From Mobula hypostoma (taxonomy: Eukaryota): 64,000 bases of DNA. The position numbers and the translations under genes are program-made. The notes beneath the pieces are model-generated. The model worked only from the letters and a program-made list of their open reading frames with translations. It was not told the origin of the DNA and ran no database searches. The stretch covers positions 28,832,001-28,896,000 of the forward strand of contig NC_086097.1 of NCBI RefSeq assembly GCF_963921235.1. The letters run 5' to 3'. Position 1 is the first letter of the stretch; the number at the start of each line of letters is the position of its first letter. Below are positions 23,391 through 36,630 of this stretch, piece by piece.

Positions 23391-26300
23391 TGTTCTATCC
23401 TTCAGTCCAGTGAAGGGTCAAAGCAATAGTAATTACTGCCTTAGATAATTCTGTAGACACACTCCAGTCTCAAACACTAGCTTTGATCACAAATCTGGTT
23501 TCTTTCTGCTGCCCAACCTATATTGATTACAAGATTACCTGAATCTTGGCCTACTGAATTGAAAACTTCAAGTTACAATGCAGCATAGAAGACAGAAGGA
23601 TGGATACCATTCTTATGTTTGTCTCAAATGTAACTATAAATGGATTCTGAAAACAGATGAATTAACCATGCCTTTGGCTGCGGAGGAAGAATAATCCCCA
23701 CAAAAGATTCTATAGATGTCCAAGTCTCGTCTTTCCTTCCAATAGTGGGACTGATGTATTTGCATTTTAATCATATTCATTTTCTTTGTTTGACCAGATG
23801 GTTTTTCACACTTCAGTAAGCTATGAATGCAACAGTTTAAAAAGTAAGCTACAACACAATTTATAAATCACTTTTTGCTTGTAATGTAATAATTTTGTCA
23901 CAACTTCAGCTTGCAATTTATTTAAGGTAAAGTAATTAAGGTATTCAGCCGTAGGCTGAGATTCAGTGGAATTGTTGGCTCTTATTGAAAGGTCAGGCTT
24001 AGGTTACATATACATTAAACAAAGGTTCTTTTAATGTAACAGTCATAACTTTTGAAAGAAAAACCTAATTGGCAGGTAACACTAGCTTTAACCATGGCAA
24101 TTAGGACGACATTATGGTGAATTATTTTAAGAAAAATATTCAGTATCGTGAGTCACACAAATACAAGATGCTGAAATCATCTGCAATTTATTATGAATTA
24201 TGGAACAGTGAAGTTTAACACAAATTGTTCTGGAATGCACATCAAACTGAAATGAACAAAAGAACAAAAGAGCCGCTAATGTGGCATGAACATCTCTCTT
24301 GAAACGGGGTTGTTTTCAAGGCCTCTGTAAAGGACAAGGAAGTAAGTCTCTGGGTTTGCTGATGTCAGAAAAAATAGATTTGAAAAATCCTGGCAAAAAT
24401 CCACAATTTACTCCGCAGCGATCCTTGGCTTCCCAGATGCTTGTGAGCTTTGGACAATTACCACAGACATACCAAAGAAATGGAAAAATACCACCAATTC
24501 TGTATCCATAAATTCACTGAAGGGGTATGCAAATCAAGGTCAATGCCATCTCCCAAACCAACATCCACAGCATGAGATCATAAGACAAAGGAGCAGAATT
24601 AGGCAATTTGGCCCATCAAGTCTGAGCACCCATTCAATCGTGGCTTATTTACCATCCCTTCCAACCCCATTCTCCTGTCTTCTCCCCATAACCTTGGACT
24701 CCCTGACTAAACAAGAACTTCTCGGCCTCAGCTTTAAATATACCCAAATGTCTTGGCCTTCACAGCTGTCTGTGGCAATACATTCTACAGATTCAGCACC
24801 ATCTGGCTAAGGAAATTCCTCATCATCTGTTCTAAAGTGACGTCTTTCTATTCTGAGGCTGTGCCCTCTGCTCCTAGACTATCAGAAACGTCCTCTCCAT
24901 GTCCATTCTATCTAGGTCTTTCAATATTCGGTAGGATCAATGAAAGCCCTTTATTCTTCTGAATTCCAGTGAGTACAGGCCCAGAGCTAACATACGCTCC
25001 TCATATGTCAATACCCATCTGATAATACTTCTGCTCCAAGGCAAAGAAGACTACAAGTGTCATTAAACTGGATTAACATAGAAAGGCACTTGATGGTGGG
25101 TATATATTTATCAGTGCACTGAGGTCCTCATCAGGCAGGACACGTTGTTTGTAAGCCCAACAGAAGACTCTGAAACCAGAAATTATTCTGACCTTGTTCA
25201 CGGGAAAAGATTACCAAAGTTTCAAGACTGTATTTTAAGAAATACAAAATCCTTACCAACATGACCACACAGAATGGAAAAATTCCAGGTGTTATTGAGA
25301 ATCTTGCGGCCATACATCAGAACACAGAAGCCCAACAGAAGTGGCAGGAGGAGCACACTACCTCCCAACTACCTATTCTGTTGCCCATCACCTGCCTCAC
25401 CTATGCATCAGCCTGCAGTTCTATATTAGCTATCTTAGAAGCAATAAAACCAAAGTGGGAACAAATCACCCTTGATCCTGAACTGCTAAGAAGTGGTTCG
25501 CTTCCTGTATTTCCCTTGTCGTACGTTGCTGAAACTAAATAAAGAAACCTCTAATTTTTTTTTATTAACCTCTTTACATTTCTTCATAAAGAAGCTTAAG
25601 CAAATGAGAAAAATTTATTGCACAAACAAACACATTGGCTAATACTCCTTTGAGAGCCTGCATCAAACACTGCAATTTGATTGTTGCTTACAAGGAAAAC
25701 GCATCTGCAGAAAATCAGCGCAGACTTTGAGATTACAATCTCAAAAGGCATATGAACATTTGAAAGGGAATAAATCATGATTGCGCAGGTGGGAAATTTA
25801 ATAAGCAGCGTCAAGCACAATGTAGTGATAATTACTTGTCTCAGAGACAAAACACATTTATCCAGCATGCAATGATATTGTTTTTACCAATGGTGCTCAG
25901 GACAGTCAAATAATTTAACTAATTGAGAGACAAACTGAATTTATTGACACAAATCAAAAATGTGTACTTTCATCTCAGATTCTAGGAGGCATGTTTTAAG
26001 CAATTCAATTCAAATATAAACTCATTATACTTCATAAAAGAATTCATTATTCTTTTAGAATCTCTATAATATATACCTGAATCATTTGTTTTTCCAGAAG
26101 CATTTCAAACTGGAATCTGAAAACTGAACGAGAATCCTTCTATGGATAGCATGGGAAAGCATCAGAAGACTTGTCTCAGGGAACTGTACAATATAAATTA
26201 GTGTGGCATTTGGAGTACTGTGAGTAGTGTTAGGCCCTTATCTAAGAAAGGATGTGTTGGCATTGGAAAGGGTCCAGTGGAGATTCATGAAACTAATTCC

Positions 26301-29300
26301 AGGAATGAAAGAGTTAACATATGAAGGGTGTTTGATGCTCTGGGTCTGTACTGGCTGGAGTTTAGAATGAGGGCGGGAATCTCACTAAACCCATGAGATA
26401 CTGAAAGGCCTACACAGAGTAAATGTGAAGAGGATTTTACAACAGTAGGGAAGTCTAGAACCAGAGGGCACAGCCTCAGAATACAAGAACATCCCTTTAG
26501 AACAGAGATGAGAAGGATAAAGCATAGAAAACAGCCCTTCTGCCAAATGAATCTGCAGTGACCATCACTCAATTAACGGCCGAGAGCTAATAATGAAAGG
26601 GTCCTTATACTGATACAAGACTTGTTCTAACATCAGTTGTCATGCTTCATTCTTTGACCATTTCAATCAATCAATCAGAGATGATGACAATATTCACTAG
26701 TCAAGGAGCCAATTATATGTAGAATGCTCAGGAAAGAAACTAGGAAGAAAATATGAACTTATTGTAATGTAATTTATCAGAGGAGATTACAAGTTTTTTT
26801 TAAAAAAGTGTTATTTAGGGCCATAGGTAATTATGCAGAAGTTAAGGTTTCGGCAAATATAAACAAAAGCACAACGTGCTAGAAATACTCAGCAGATTAT
26901 GATATACCTGTGAAGTGAAAACTAGTTAGGGTCAAAGAATATTCATCAGATCGGATTTACCTCACTTGATAATGTTATTTCCTCCTCTACAGTTGCAACC
27001 TCACCAGGCATGTTTTTTTTTATTTCTAGTACCTTTTTTTTGGCTTTTTGTAAATCTAGCAGAGCAAAAGGTTTTAAATTATAGCGCTGATAAGAGGTCA
27101 AGAGTGAGATATATCATCAATTTCTACATCCAGAGCACTGAATATTTTCAGTATTTGCAGCTTTATTTTGGATTTTGCAGTATCTTGCTTTTGTCAAACA
27201 TTTAAGGATTTTATACCTGCCATAAACTTAACCAAATCCTTCAAAGTATGTCAAAAGCAACACTCCAAAAGGGGCAGGGAATCACTGGTGAAAGCTTTTA
27301 GATTTCAGCTACATGTAACTACTCCAGAGGTTGCTGTCGGATTATACCATGCCGACAATCTTATCACAAATCCTTACCAATGTATCAAAAACCACACAGC
27401 GAATAGAATATCTAAGTAGGAACTGGCACATCTATCAACAGGTGACCTTATTTATTCAAGCATCTCACCAAAGAAAGGAACAACATAAAAATCAATCCAA
27501 AAAATATGGAAAAGGAAGATCAGGCATCCTGGATTCATTGCTTTGACTGTTAAAAGTGACTTTCTTCCCTTCTACAATTCCAAGGTTTCTAGTATTTCTA
27601 TTTTGATTTTAGTCTTCCTGCATCTGCACATTTTTATCCATTAGTTTTCATGATAAAGTGTTTTGGAACATTGTGGCATTCATTTCACATCATTGATGAT
27701 CAGCCATTTCAACATTCATGTAACAAGAATTTAAAATTTCACAAGCAACTAAAATGAAAAATGTACAGAATTACAAATATACACCCACATAGACCTACAG
27801 AAAACTAAGAAAAATATTTACCAGTCTGGAGAGTAAATTCTTATGAAAGAAGTCACATTCCTCAGCAAAACTACAAATAATCTATTTAGTCCTTAATTAT
27901 CCTACCAACAAAAATGGCTTGATTTTCAAACTGGTTATACATCATAACATCAGCAGTTCCTGAGAAAGATTCTGCTATTCACCTGGAAGTGCTTCAAACA
28001 AGCCCAAGCTTGTCTTTATTATATAGTGTTCATGAATATCAATTACCTAGTTAACAAATGAGATTAATTTCAATGTTCTATTCATGTCACATAGACGATT
28101 TATATAACATTGGGAAAATAAATAATGTTTCTTCCTCACTTTATAAGCATTTAATCCAACAAGATAGCTTAGGGTCTAATCAACAGGAAAAAAAAAAGTT
28201 CCACAAGTAAACCTGTTATAGTCTGACAAAAATATTGAGGATTTTCTTGGATATATATAAGAAAATGAAACATAAAGTTCCAGTGGCATGTTTTTCCCCA
28301 TACTGTGATCAATAATAGGTTCAAGATGTAATATTATATACTGTACCTGCCTGCATTAAGGAGTAGGAATATCAAGCCTTGCTCAAAGCTATCTTCTGCA
28401 ACAACAGTCCCACATTGAAAACCAGTTCCATATACAAAAGCTCTTATCCAAGACTTTTCTTGTAAATATATGTTTTGAAGGTATCATTGATGTGATATGG
28501 ATTTATTGCCCATCTTAATTATGCTTAATCAGTCTTCTTGATCTGTTCCAATCCTTCTAGTGGAGATACTCAGAAAGCAGGGAATACCGTAACTTAAAAC
28601 CTTGCACTTCCAAATTAAGACTGTGAATGACTTGGAGAGGGAGCTTCAGGGGATGCACTTTCATGTGAGTACAGCCCTTGATGGTGGTAGCAGTGGGTTA
28701 ATGGAGATCTTTTTTAATTAAGTGCAATCGTGAACAATAGCCAGATCAGAAATGCTGATCAAGTCAACTAGTTCCCAAAGAGAACTCTGATAGGCCAATC
28801 AGATGGTTCACTGCTGCTCAGCGATAGAACACAAAACAGGCACAAGGGTCGCTAGCCCCTGTACCCCAGAAACACACCTGAACGGTGCAGAGGAGGTATG
28901 TGCTATGCATGACCTGATCTGAAAGCATCATGTTGACTCATAACAGATCGTGTTCACAGTGGAACAGCTTAGTCAAGGATGGGGTGATCAGCACAGATGG
29001 ACAAATTATACCTCCACTACCCCTTAATTATAACCCTTAATTATATTTTAGTATAAACTTCAAGTAACATCATTGTTAATTATAACAGTGTGTGGTAGTA
29101 GAAAAATGTGAATGCATAGAGTAACTGGTGCTGTGTACATACATCTATTGATGCTTCTGGACAAAAAAGTAGACTATTTTGTTGTCCATGCTGCCAAGCT
29201 TATTGTGTGTTGTTAGAACACTTGTTTAGGTACGTAGGCAGTATTCCAGCGCATTCCTAGCTTGTGCATTATAGATGGTGGAAAGGGTTTGGAATCAGGA

Positions 29301-30059
29301 GTCATAATAATCACTTGAAGGTTAAAATACCTCTAACTTACTTTTGTACTCTGGTTCAATTGAGTTTTGACCAAAGGAGTCCAAGATGTATGGGAGAGGT
29401 CTGTAAACCCCTGAATGTTAGCACCTGCCACAAATGTTACTTGCCAATCCATGCCAAATGAGATCTTTGCATTACTACATGCAGATGTGGACTACTTCAC
29501 ATTGATAAACTCCAAATGCAGTTGAACATCACTTCTGACCACAACAACAGGAAAGTCAGCGACAAAGCATCTGAAGTTTATTGGGCCTTGGGTACTTAGA
29601 GGGGGGCGTTAGCCTCTGGACTTTGTTGTCTGAATAGGGTGAAGGTGGGAGAAGTCTTCACTAGATTTTAAATGATAACTGGATTTGTATTTGAAAAGTC
29701 ATAACCTGTGGTGCTATAGATTGAATGTGAAAAGGTGGGACTGCTCATTACTAACGAACATGGATGTGGACATGTTATCTTGTATACAGCAATTTTTCTA
29801 TTATTCTATGACACAACCTGAGAAATTCTTACAGCAACATCCTGAGCCTGAGATGACTAACTTTCAATCCATTAATTATATGGCTCATGAGGGATCAGAA
29901 GTGGAGAGAGTGAGCAGCTTCAAGTTCCTGGGTGTCAAGATCTCTGAGGATCTAACCTGGTCCCAACATATTGATGTAGCCATAAAGAAGGCAAGACAAC
30001 GGCTATACTTTACTAGGAGTTTGAAGCGACTTGGCATGTCAACAAATACACTCAAAAAC

Positions 30060-31504
30060 ACACCTCCCTCCCCTTTCTAGATCTTTCTGTCTCTATCTCT
30101 GGAGAGAGCTTATCTACTGATGTCTACTATAAGCCTACTGACTCTCACAGCTATCAGGACTATTCCTCTTCTCACCGTCTCTTGCAAAAATGCCAACCCC
30201 TTCTCACAATTCCTACGTCTCCGCCGCATCTGCTCTCAGGATGAGGCTTTTCATTCCAGGACGAGGGAGATGTCCTCCTTTTTTAAAGAAAGGGGCTTCC
30301 CTTCCTCTACCATCAACTCTGCTCTCAAACGCATCTCCCCCATTTCACGCACATCTGCTCTCACTCCATCCTCCCGCCACCCCACTAGGAATAGGGTTCC
30401 CCTGGTCCTCACCTACCACCCCACCAGCCTCCGGGTCCAACATATTATTCTCCGTAACTTCCGCTAAGGATGATGGCATGATGGCTTCATGATGGCATGA
30501 ACATTGACTTCGCAAGGGAACACTGACTTCCGCTAGGGATCCCACCACTAAGCACATCTTTCCCTCCCCCCCTCCGCTTTCCGCAGGGATCGCTCCCTAC
30601 GCGACTCCCTTGTCCATTCGTTCCCCCCCATTCCTCCCCACTGATCTCCCTCCTGGCACTTATCCTTGTAAGCAGAACAAGTGCTACACATGCCCTTACA
30701 CTTCCTCCCTTACCACCATTCAGGGCCCCAGACAGTCCTTCCAGATGAGGCATCACTTCACCTGTGAGTCGACTGGGGTGATATACTGCGTCCGGTGCTC
30801 CCGATGTGGCCTTCTATATATTGGCGAGACCCGACGCAGACTGGGAGATCATTTCGCTGAACACCTACGCTCTGTCCGCCAGAGAAAGCAGGATCTCCCA
30901 GTGGCCACACATTTTAATTCCACATCCCATTCCCATTCTGATATGTCTATCCACGGCCTCCTCTACTGTAGAGATGAAGCCACACTCAGGTTGGAGGAAC
31001 AACACCTTATATTCCGTCTAGGTAACCTCCAACATGATGGCATGAACATTGACTTCGCAAACTTCCGCTAATGCCCTACCTCTCCCTCGTACCCCATTTG
31101 TTATTTATTTACATACACACACATTCTTTTTCTCTCTCTCCTTTTTCTCCCTCTGTCCCTCTCACTATACCCCTTGCCCATCCTCTGGGGTTCCCCCCCG
31201 CCCCCTTTTCTTTCTCCCTAGGCCTCCTGTCCCATGATCCTCTCATATCCCTTTTGCCAATCACCTGTCCAGCTCTTGGCTCCATCCCTCCCCCTCCTGT
31301 CTTCTATCATTTTGGATCTCCCCTCCCCCTCCCACTTTCAAATCTCTTACTAGCTCTTCTTTCAGTTAGTCCTGACAAAGGGTTTCGACCCGAAACGTCG
31401 ACTGTACCTCTTCCTAGAGATGCTGCCTGGCCTGCTATGTTCACCAGCAACTTTGGTGTGTGTTGCTTGAATTTCCAGCATCTTCAGATTTCCTCATGCT
31501 TGCG
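30060..31504 (+). mobile_element. Penelope-like element, 5'-truncated, with 11-bp TSD
   Basis: RT thumb (PFSQFLRLRRICS) and open GIY-YIG frame 30610-31071 (GVIYCVRCSRCGLLYIGETRRRL..PVATHFN..LEEQHLIFRLG); TSD CACTCAAAAAC at 30049-30059 and 31505-31515. Confidence 0.92.
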
Positions 31505-31694
31505 CACTCAAAAACTTCAATAGTTGTACCGTGAAGAGCATTCTGACAGGCTGCTTCACTGTCTGGTATGGTGGGCCCACTGCACAGGACCAAAAGATGC
31601 TGCACAAGGTTGTAAATCTAGTCAGCTCCATCTTGGGCACTAGCCTATAAAGTACCCAGGACATCTTTAGGGAGCGGTGTCTCAGAAAGGCAGC

Positions 31695-31822
31695 TGTTAT
31701 GAACCCACAGGTTTCATTTACTGTGGACTGTCACTTTAAAAGAGCACTTCAGTGAGGCAGGACTATAATGTTGTTCACTGACTGACTCGCAGCTTGTTTA
31801 CCTTTAAAAGAAGGACACAGTC

Positions 31823-31859
<37 letters not shown>

Positions 31860-32500
31860 ACACACAGACAAGCGAACCTGGGAAAGAATAGCAGCTCCAG
31901 CTTGTCGAAGCTGGGGTTTTGGAACTCTGCTATACCCACAAGGGTAGGTTAATTATTGATCCAGTGCACATCGAATGTTTGGCTGTCACTTCGTATAATC
32001 CATGGGAGGAGATTAAGGAATGTCCTGTGGGACCACTCTAAGTTAACCCTCACCTGGTTATGTTATGTGGTAACCCCTTTGAAGACGACATCCCTGTGAC
32101 AGATCACTCTGGTGGTAATTTGTATCTGGATTTGGAACGGCTCGACGGAGGATCTTCGACAACTGATATTTATTAATTACCATTGTGGAATTTGACGTAA
32201 TTGCCTTCTCTCTACGTTTTCACCCTGGATTACAAATATCTCTCTCCCATCATTCCTTCCGTGGATGAACTGAACTTTCCTACTTTACCATCTAAGCTTT
32301 GTTTCCCCAAGCTTAACTTAGTTTGGGAGCTTTATTACACACACATATATATATATAACCAAGATAAACAAATATTAACAGTGTTAAGTTACGATATTAT
32401 AAGTAGATACTAATAAAGATAGTGGTTTTAACATTAAAACCCGACTCAGTGTGAAATCTCTTGCTGTTGGTTTACTTCTAAAACGTTACAGTACGTAACA
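31695..32500 (+). mobile_element. Solo LTR (806 bp)
   Basis: TGTTATG...CGTAACA termini, 4-bp TSD CAGC, AATAAA near 32412, internal (GA)n. Confidence 0.88.
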
Positions 32501-32862
32501 CAGCATCCATTATTAAAGACCTCCAGCATCCAGGGCATGCCCTTTTCTCACTGTTACCACCAGGTAGGAGAGACAGAAGCCTGAAGGCACACACTCAGTG
32601 ATTCAGAACAGCTTCTTCCCCTTTGCCATCCGATTCCTAAATGGACTTTGAAGCTTTGGGCACTACCTCATTTTTTTTAATATACAGTATTTCCATTTTT
32701 GCACATTTTTAATAATCTATTCAATATATGTAATTGATTTACTTGCTTATTAATTATTGTTTTGTTATTTATTTTTTTCTCTCTCTGTTAGGTTATGTAT
32801 TGCAGTGAACTGCTGCTGCTAAGTTAACAAATTTCACGTCACATGCTGGTGATAATAAACCT

Positions 32863-32990
32863 GAACAACAGGAATTCTGCAGATGCTGGAAATTCAAGCA
32901 ACACACATCAAAGTTGCTGGTGAACGCAGCAGGCCAGGCAGCATCTCTAGGAAGAGGTGCAGTCGACGTTTCAGGCCGAGACCCTTCGTC
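32863..32990 (-). mobile_element. PLE pLTR fragment fused to the truncated Gypsy 3' end
   Basis: Near-identical to the pLTR at 1498-1625; breaks inside the hammerhead core. Confidence 0.88.
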
Positions 32991-35915
32991 CGAGACCAAT
33001 GTCCGGCACGAACGTGGACCCGTTGTTCCTGATCACCTTAAACGGCCCCTCGTAGGGCTGCTGTAGCGGTGCCCAGTGTCTGCCACGTCGTACAAAAAGA
33101 AACTTACAGTTCTGCAGGTCTTTGGGTATGCAGGTCGGGCTCTGTCCATGCTGTGAAGTGGGGATGGGGGCCAGGTTACCGAGCCTCTCACGTAGTCTGT
33201 CCAGGACTGCTGTGGGTTCTTCCTCTTGCCCCCTTGGGGCTGGTATGAACTCTCCTGGGACTACCAGGGGTGCGCCGTACACCAACTCAGCCAGCGAGCT
33301 GTGCAGATCCTCCTTGGGCACCGTGCGGATTCCGAGCAGGACCCAGGGAAGCTCGTCCACCCAGTTAGGCCCCTCCAGGCGGGCCATGAGAGCCGATTTC
33401 AGGTGAAGGTGGAAGCGCTCCACTGGTCCGTTTGACTGTGGGTGGTAGGTAGTTGTGTGGTGCAGCTGAGATCCTAAAAGGTTGGCCATAGCCGACCACA
33501 GGCTGGAAGTGAACTGGGCGCCCCTGTCGAAGGTAATGTGGGCCGGTACCCCGAAGCGGGCTACCCAGGTTGCGATCAGTGCTCGGGCACAGGATTCGGA
33601 GGTGGTGTCGCTGAGCGGGACTGCCTCTGGCCATCTGGTGAACCGGTCTATCATAGTTAGGAGGTACCGCGCTCCTCGTGACACTGGCAGGGGCCCCATG
33701 ATATCCACATGGATGTGGTCGAACCTCCGGCGGGTGGGTTCGAACTGCTGCGGTGGAGCCTTGGTGTGCCGCTGCACCTTGGCCATTTGGCACTGCATGC
33801 ACGTTTTGGCCCATTCACTGACCTGCTTACGAAGTCTATGCCACACGAACCTGTTGGCGACCAGCCGGACGGTTGTCCTGATGGAGGGGTGCGCTAAGTT
33901 GTGAATGGATTCGAACACCCGCCGGCGCCAGGCTGCTGGGACGACGGGGCGGGGTTGGCCGGTAGCTACGTCACATAGTAGGGTCCTCTCACCTGGGCCT
34001 ACGGGGAGGTCTTGGAGCTGCAAACTGGAGACTGCAGTCCTGTAACTGGGGATCTCAGCGTCTGCCTGCTGTGCCTCTGCCAGCGCTGCATAGTCCACCC
34101 CCTGGGACAGGGCCTGTATGGTAGGTCTGGAAAGTGTGTCCGCCACGACGTTGTCCTTTCCGGAGACATGCCGGATGTCCGTCGTGTACTCGGAGATGTA
34201 GGACAGATGTCGCTGCTGGCAGGACGACCAGGCGTCAGACACCTTCATGAACGCAAAGGTAAGCGGTTTGTGGTCTGTGAACGCGGTGAAGGGCCTACCT
34301 TCTAAGAAGTACCTGAAATGCCGGATTGCCAGGTATATTGCCAATAGCTCCCGGTCGAAAGCACTGTATTTGAGTTCAGGTGGTCGTAGCTGTTTGCTGA
34401 AGAACACCAGGGGTTGCCAGCGACCCTCGATGAGTTGTTCCAGCACTCCACCGACCGCTGTGTCGGATGCGTCCACCGTGAGGGCAGTAGGAACGTCTGT
34501 TCTGGGGTGCACTAGCATCCCGGCGTTTGCCAAGGCTTCTTTGGTTTTAACGAAAGCGGTTGCGGCCTCTTCGTCCCAGGTAATGTCCTTGCCCTTACCC
34601 GACATTAGAGTGAACAGGGGTCGCATGGTTCAGGCTGCTGAGGGGAGGAAACTGTGGTAGAAATTCACCATACCCACGAATTCCTGCAGGCCTTTGATTG
34701 TGTTGGGTCGGGGGAAGTGGCGGACCACGTCTACTTTGGTGGGCAGCAGGGTTGCCCCGTCTTTAGTAATCCTGTGGCCCAGGAAGTCGATGGTGTCGAG
34801 TCCAAACTGGCATTTGGCTGGGTTGATTGTAAGGCCGAATTCGCTCAGGCGGGAGTAGAGCTGGCGGAGGTGGGACAGATGCTCCTGCCGACTACTGCTG
34901 GCTATGAGGATGTCGTCCAAATAGATGAATGCAAAGTCCAGGTCGCGTCCAACCGCGTCCATTAGCCGCTGGAAAGTCTGTGCGGCATTCTTTAGACCAA
35001 ACGGCATTCGGAGGAATTCGAAAAGTCCGAACGGGGTGATAAGTGCTGTTCTGGGGATGTCGTCCAGATGTACAGGGATTTGATGGTATCCCCGGACGAG
35101 GTCTACCTTGGAAAAGATTCTTGCGCCGTGTAGATTTGCTGCAAAGTCTTGAATGTGCGGCACAGGGTAGCAGTCTGGCGTTGTAGCCTCGTTCAGCCTG
35201 CGGTAGTCACCGCATGGTCTCCAGCCCCCCGTTGCCTTGGGCACCATGTGAAGGGGGGAGGCCCATGGGCTGTCGGACCGTCGTATGATCCCCAATTCCT
35301 CCACCATCTTGAACTCCTCCTTCGCCAGTCGGAGCTTGTCTGGGGGAAGCCTTCGAGCATGGGCGTGGAGGGGTGGTCCCTGGGTCGGGATGTGGTGCTG
35401 TACTCCGTGTCTGGGCATGGCTGCCGTGAACTGCGGTGTCAGTACTGATGGGAAATCTGCCAGGACCCTGGTGAATTCGTCGTCGGACAGCGTGATGGAG
35501 TCCAGGTGTGGGGCTGGCAACTGTGCTTCACCCAGGGAGAACGTCTGAAAAGTCTTGGCGTGGACTAATCACTTCCCTTGCAGGTCGACCAGCAGGCTGT
35601 GGGCTCGTAGAAATTCCGCCCCCAGGAGTGGTTGGGCCACGGCGGCCAGTGTGATGTCCCACTGAACTGGCTGGAGCTGAACTATAGCCGTACCGTGCGG
35701 GTGCTGTAGGTTCGTATTGTGCTGCCATTTGCGGCCCTCAGGGTGGGTCCCGGTTCTCTGTTGCGGGTGTCGTAACTCGTTGGAGGTAAGACGCTGATCT
35801 CCGCTCCGGTGTCGACCAAAAAGTGGCGTCCCGACTGCTTGTCCCAGACGTACAGGAGGCTGTCCTGATGGCCAGCCACCGTAGCCATCAGCGGCGGCTG
35901 GCCCTGGCATTTCCC
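32991..35915 (-). pseudogene. Gypsy pol (protease, RT, RNase H, integrase) with a few frameshifts/stops
   Basis: FLVDTGAEISV; RMPFGLKNAAQTFQR and IYLDDILI; TVDASD..YSAFDRELLA..TDHKPL; HHCC zinc finger, VDIMGP, PQSNGPVER and PYEGPFKV. Confidence 0.93.
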
Positions 35916-36592
35916 GGGAATTTGCAGGGTGGTCCGCAGCGGCGGGCCTCTGTACCCCACAGCTGGTGGTAGAAACACCATTGTTCGTTGGGCTCCTCAC
36001 TCCCGTCGCCAGGTTTTGTAGGCTCTGCTGCCGGGCCTGGTCTGGTCTGTCACTGGGCACGCGGCTTGGTGATCTGTGCGACGGATGCCCCTATCTCTTT
36101 CCTGGCATTCCACAGCACATCTGCTCGGGCCGCTACCTCCCGGGGGTTGCTGAAATCTGCGTCGGACAGCAGCAGGCATATGTCCTCGGGCAGTTGCTCT
36201 AGGAACGCCTGCTCAAACATGAGGCAGGGTTTGTGTCCTTCAGCCAGGGCCAGCATCCCGTTCATTAATGCTGACGGCGGCCTGTCTCCCAAACCATCCA
36301 GGTGCATTAAGCGGCGTGCTCGTTCGCGCCGTGAGAGTCCGAAAGTCCTTATGAGCAGGGCTTTGAATGCTGTGTATTTGCCGTCCTCCGGGGGCGACTG
36401 TATAAACTCCTCAACTTGTGCAGCTGTCTCCTGGTCGAGTGAGCTCAGCACGTAGTAGTAGCGAGTGGACTCCGAGGTTATCTGCCGAATGTGGAATTGT
36501 GCTTCTGCTTGTTCGAAACATAATTGGCGTCGCAGCGTCCAGAAGCTTGGCAGTTTTAATGAAACTGCGTGAACAGATGCAGCGTCGGTCAT
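35888..36592 (-). pseudogene. Gypsy gag (premature stop at 36050)
   Basis: MTDAASVHAVSLKLPSFW..FEQAEAQF; C-terminal WCFYHQLWGTEARRCGPPC (CHCC knuckle), then TGA at 35888-35890. Confidence 0.85.
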
Positions 36593-36616
36593 CTCTGGTC
36601 CAAATATCGTTTGGGC

Positions 36617-36630
36617 CGTCGGGGTCACCA
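36617..36630 (-). promoter_or_regulatory. Primer-binding site, tRNA-Trp
   Basis: TGGTGACCCCGACG lies 2 nt inside the LTR and is complementary to the tRNA-Trp 3' end (CGUCGGGGUCACCA). Confidence 0.88.

Larger units (their letters stand above)
29890..32862 (+). mobile_element. Rex1/Babar LINE 3' fragment, split by a PLE and a solo LTR
   Basis: EGSEVERVSSFKFLGVKISEDLTWSQH..TLKN resumes at 31505 and again at 32501; 3' end GGTGATAATAAACCTGA. Confidence 0.88.

Noticed and set aside
30610..31071. Host GIY-YIG nuclease gene
   Set aside because: Lies within a TSD-flanked, truncated Penelope-like element with several related copies in the window.
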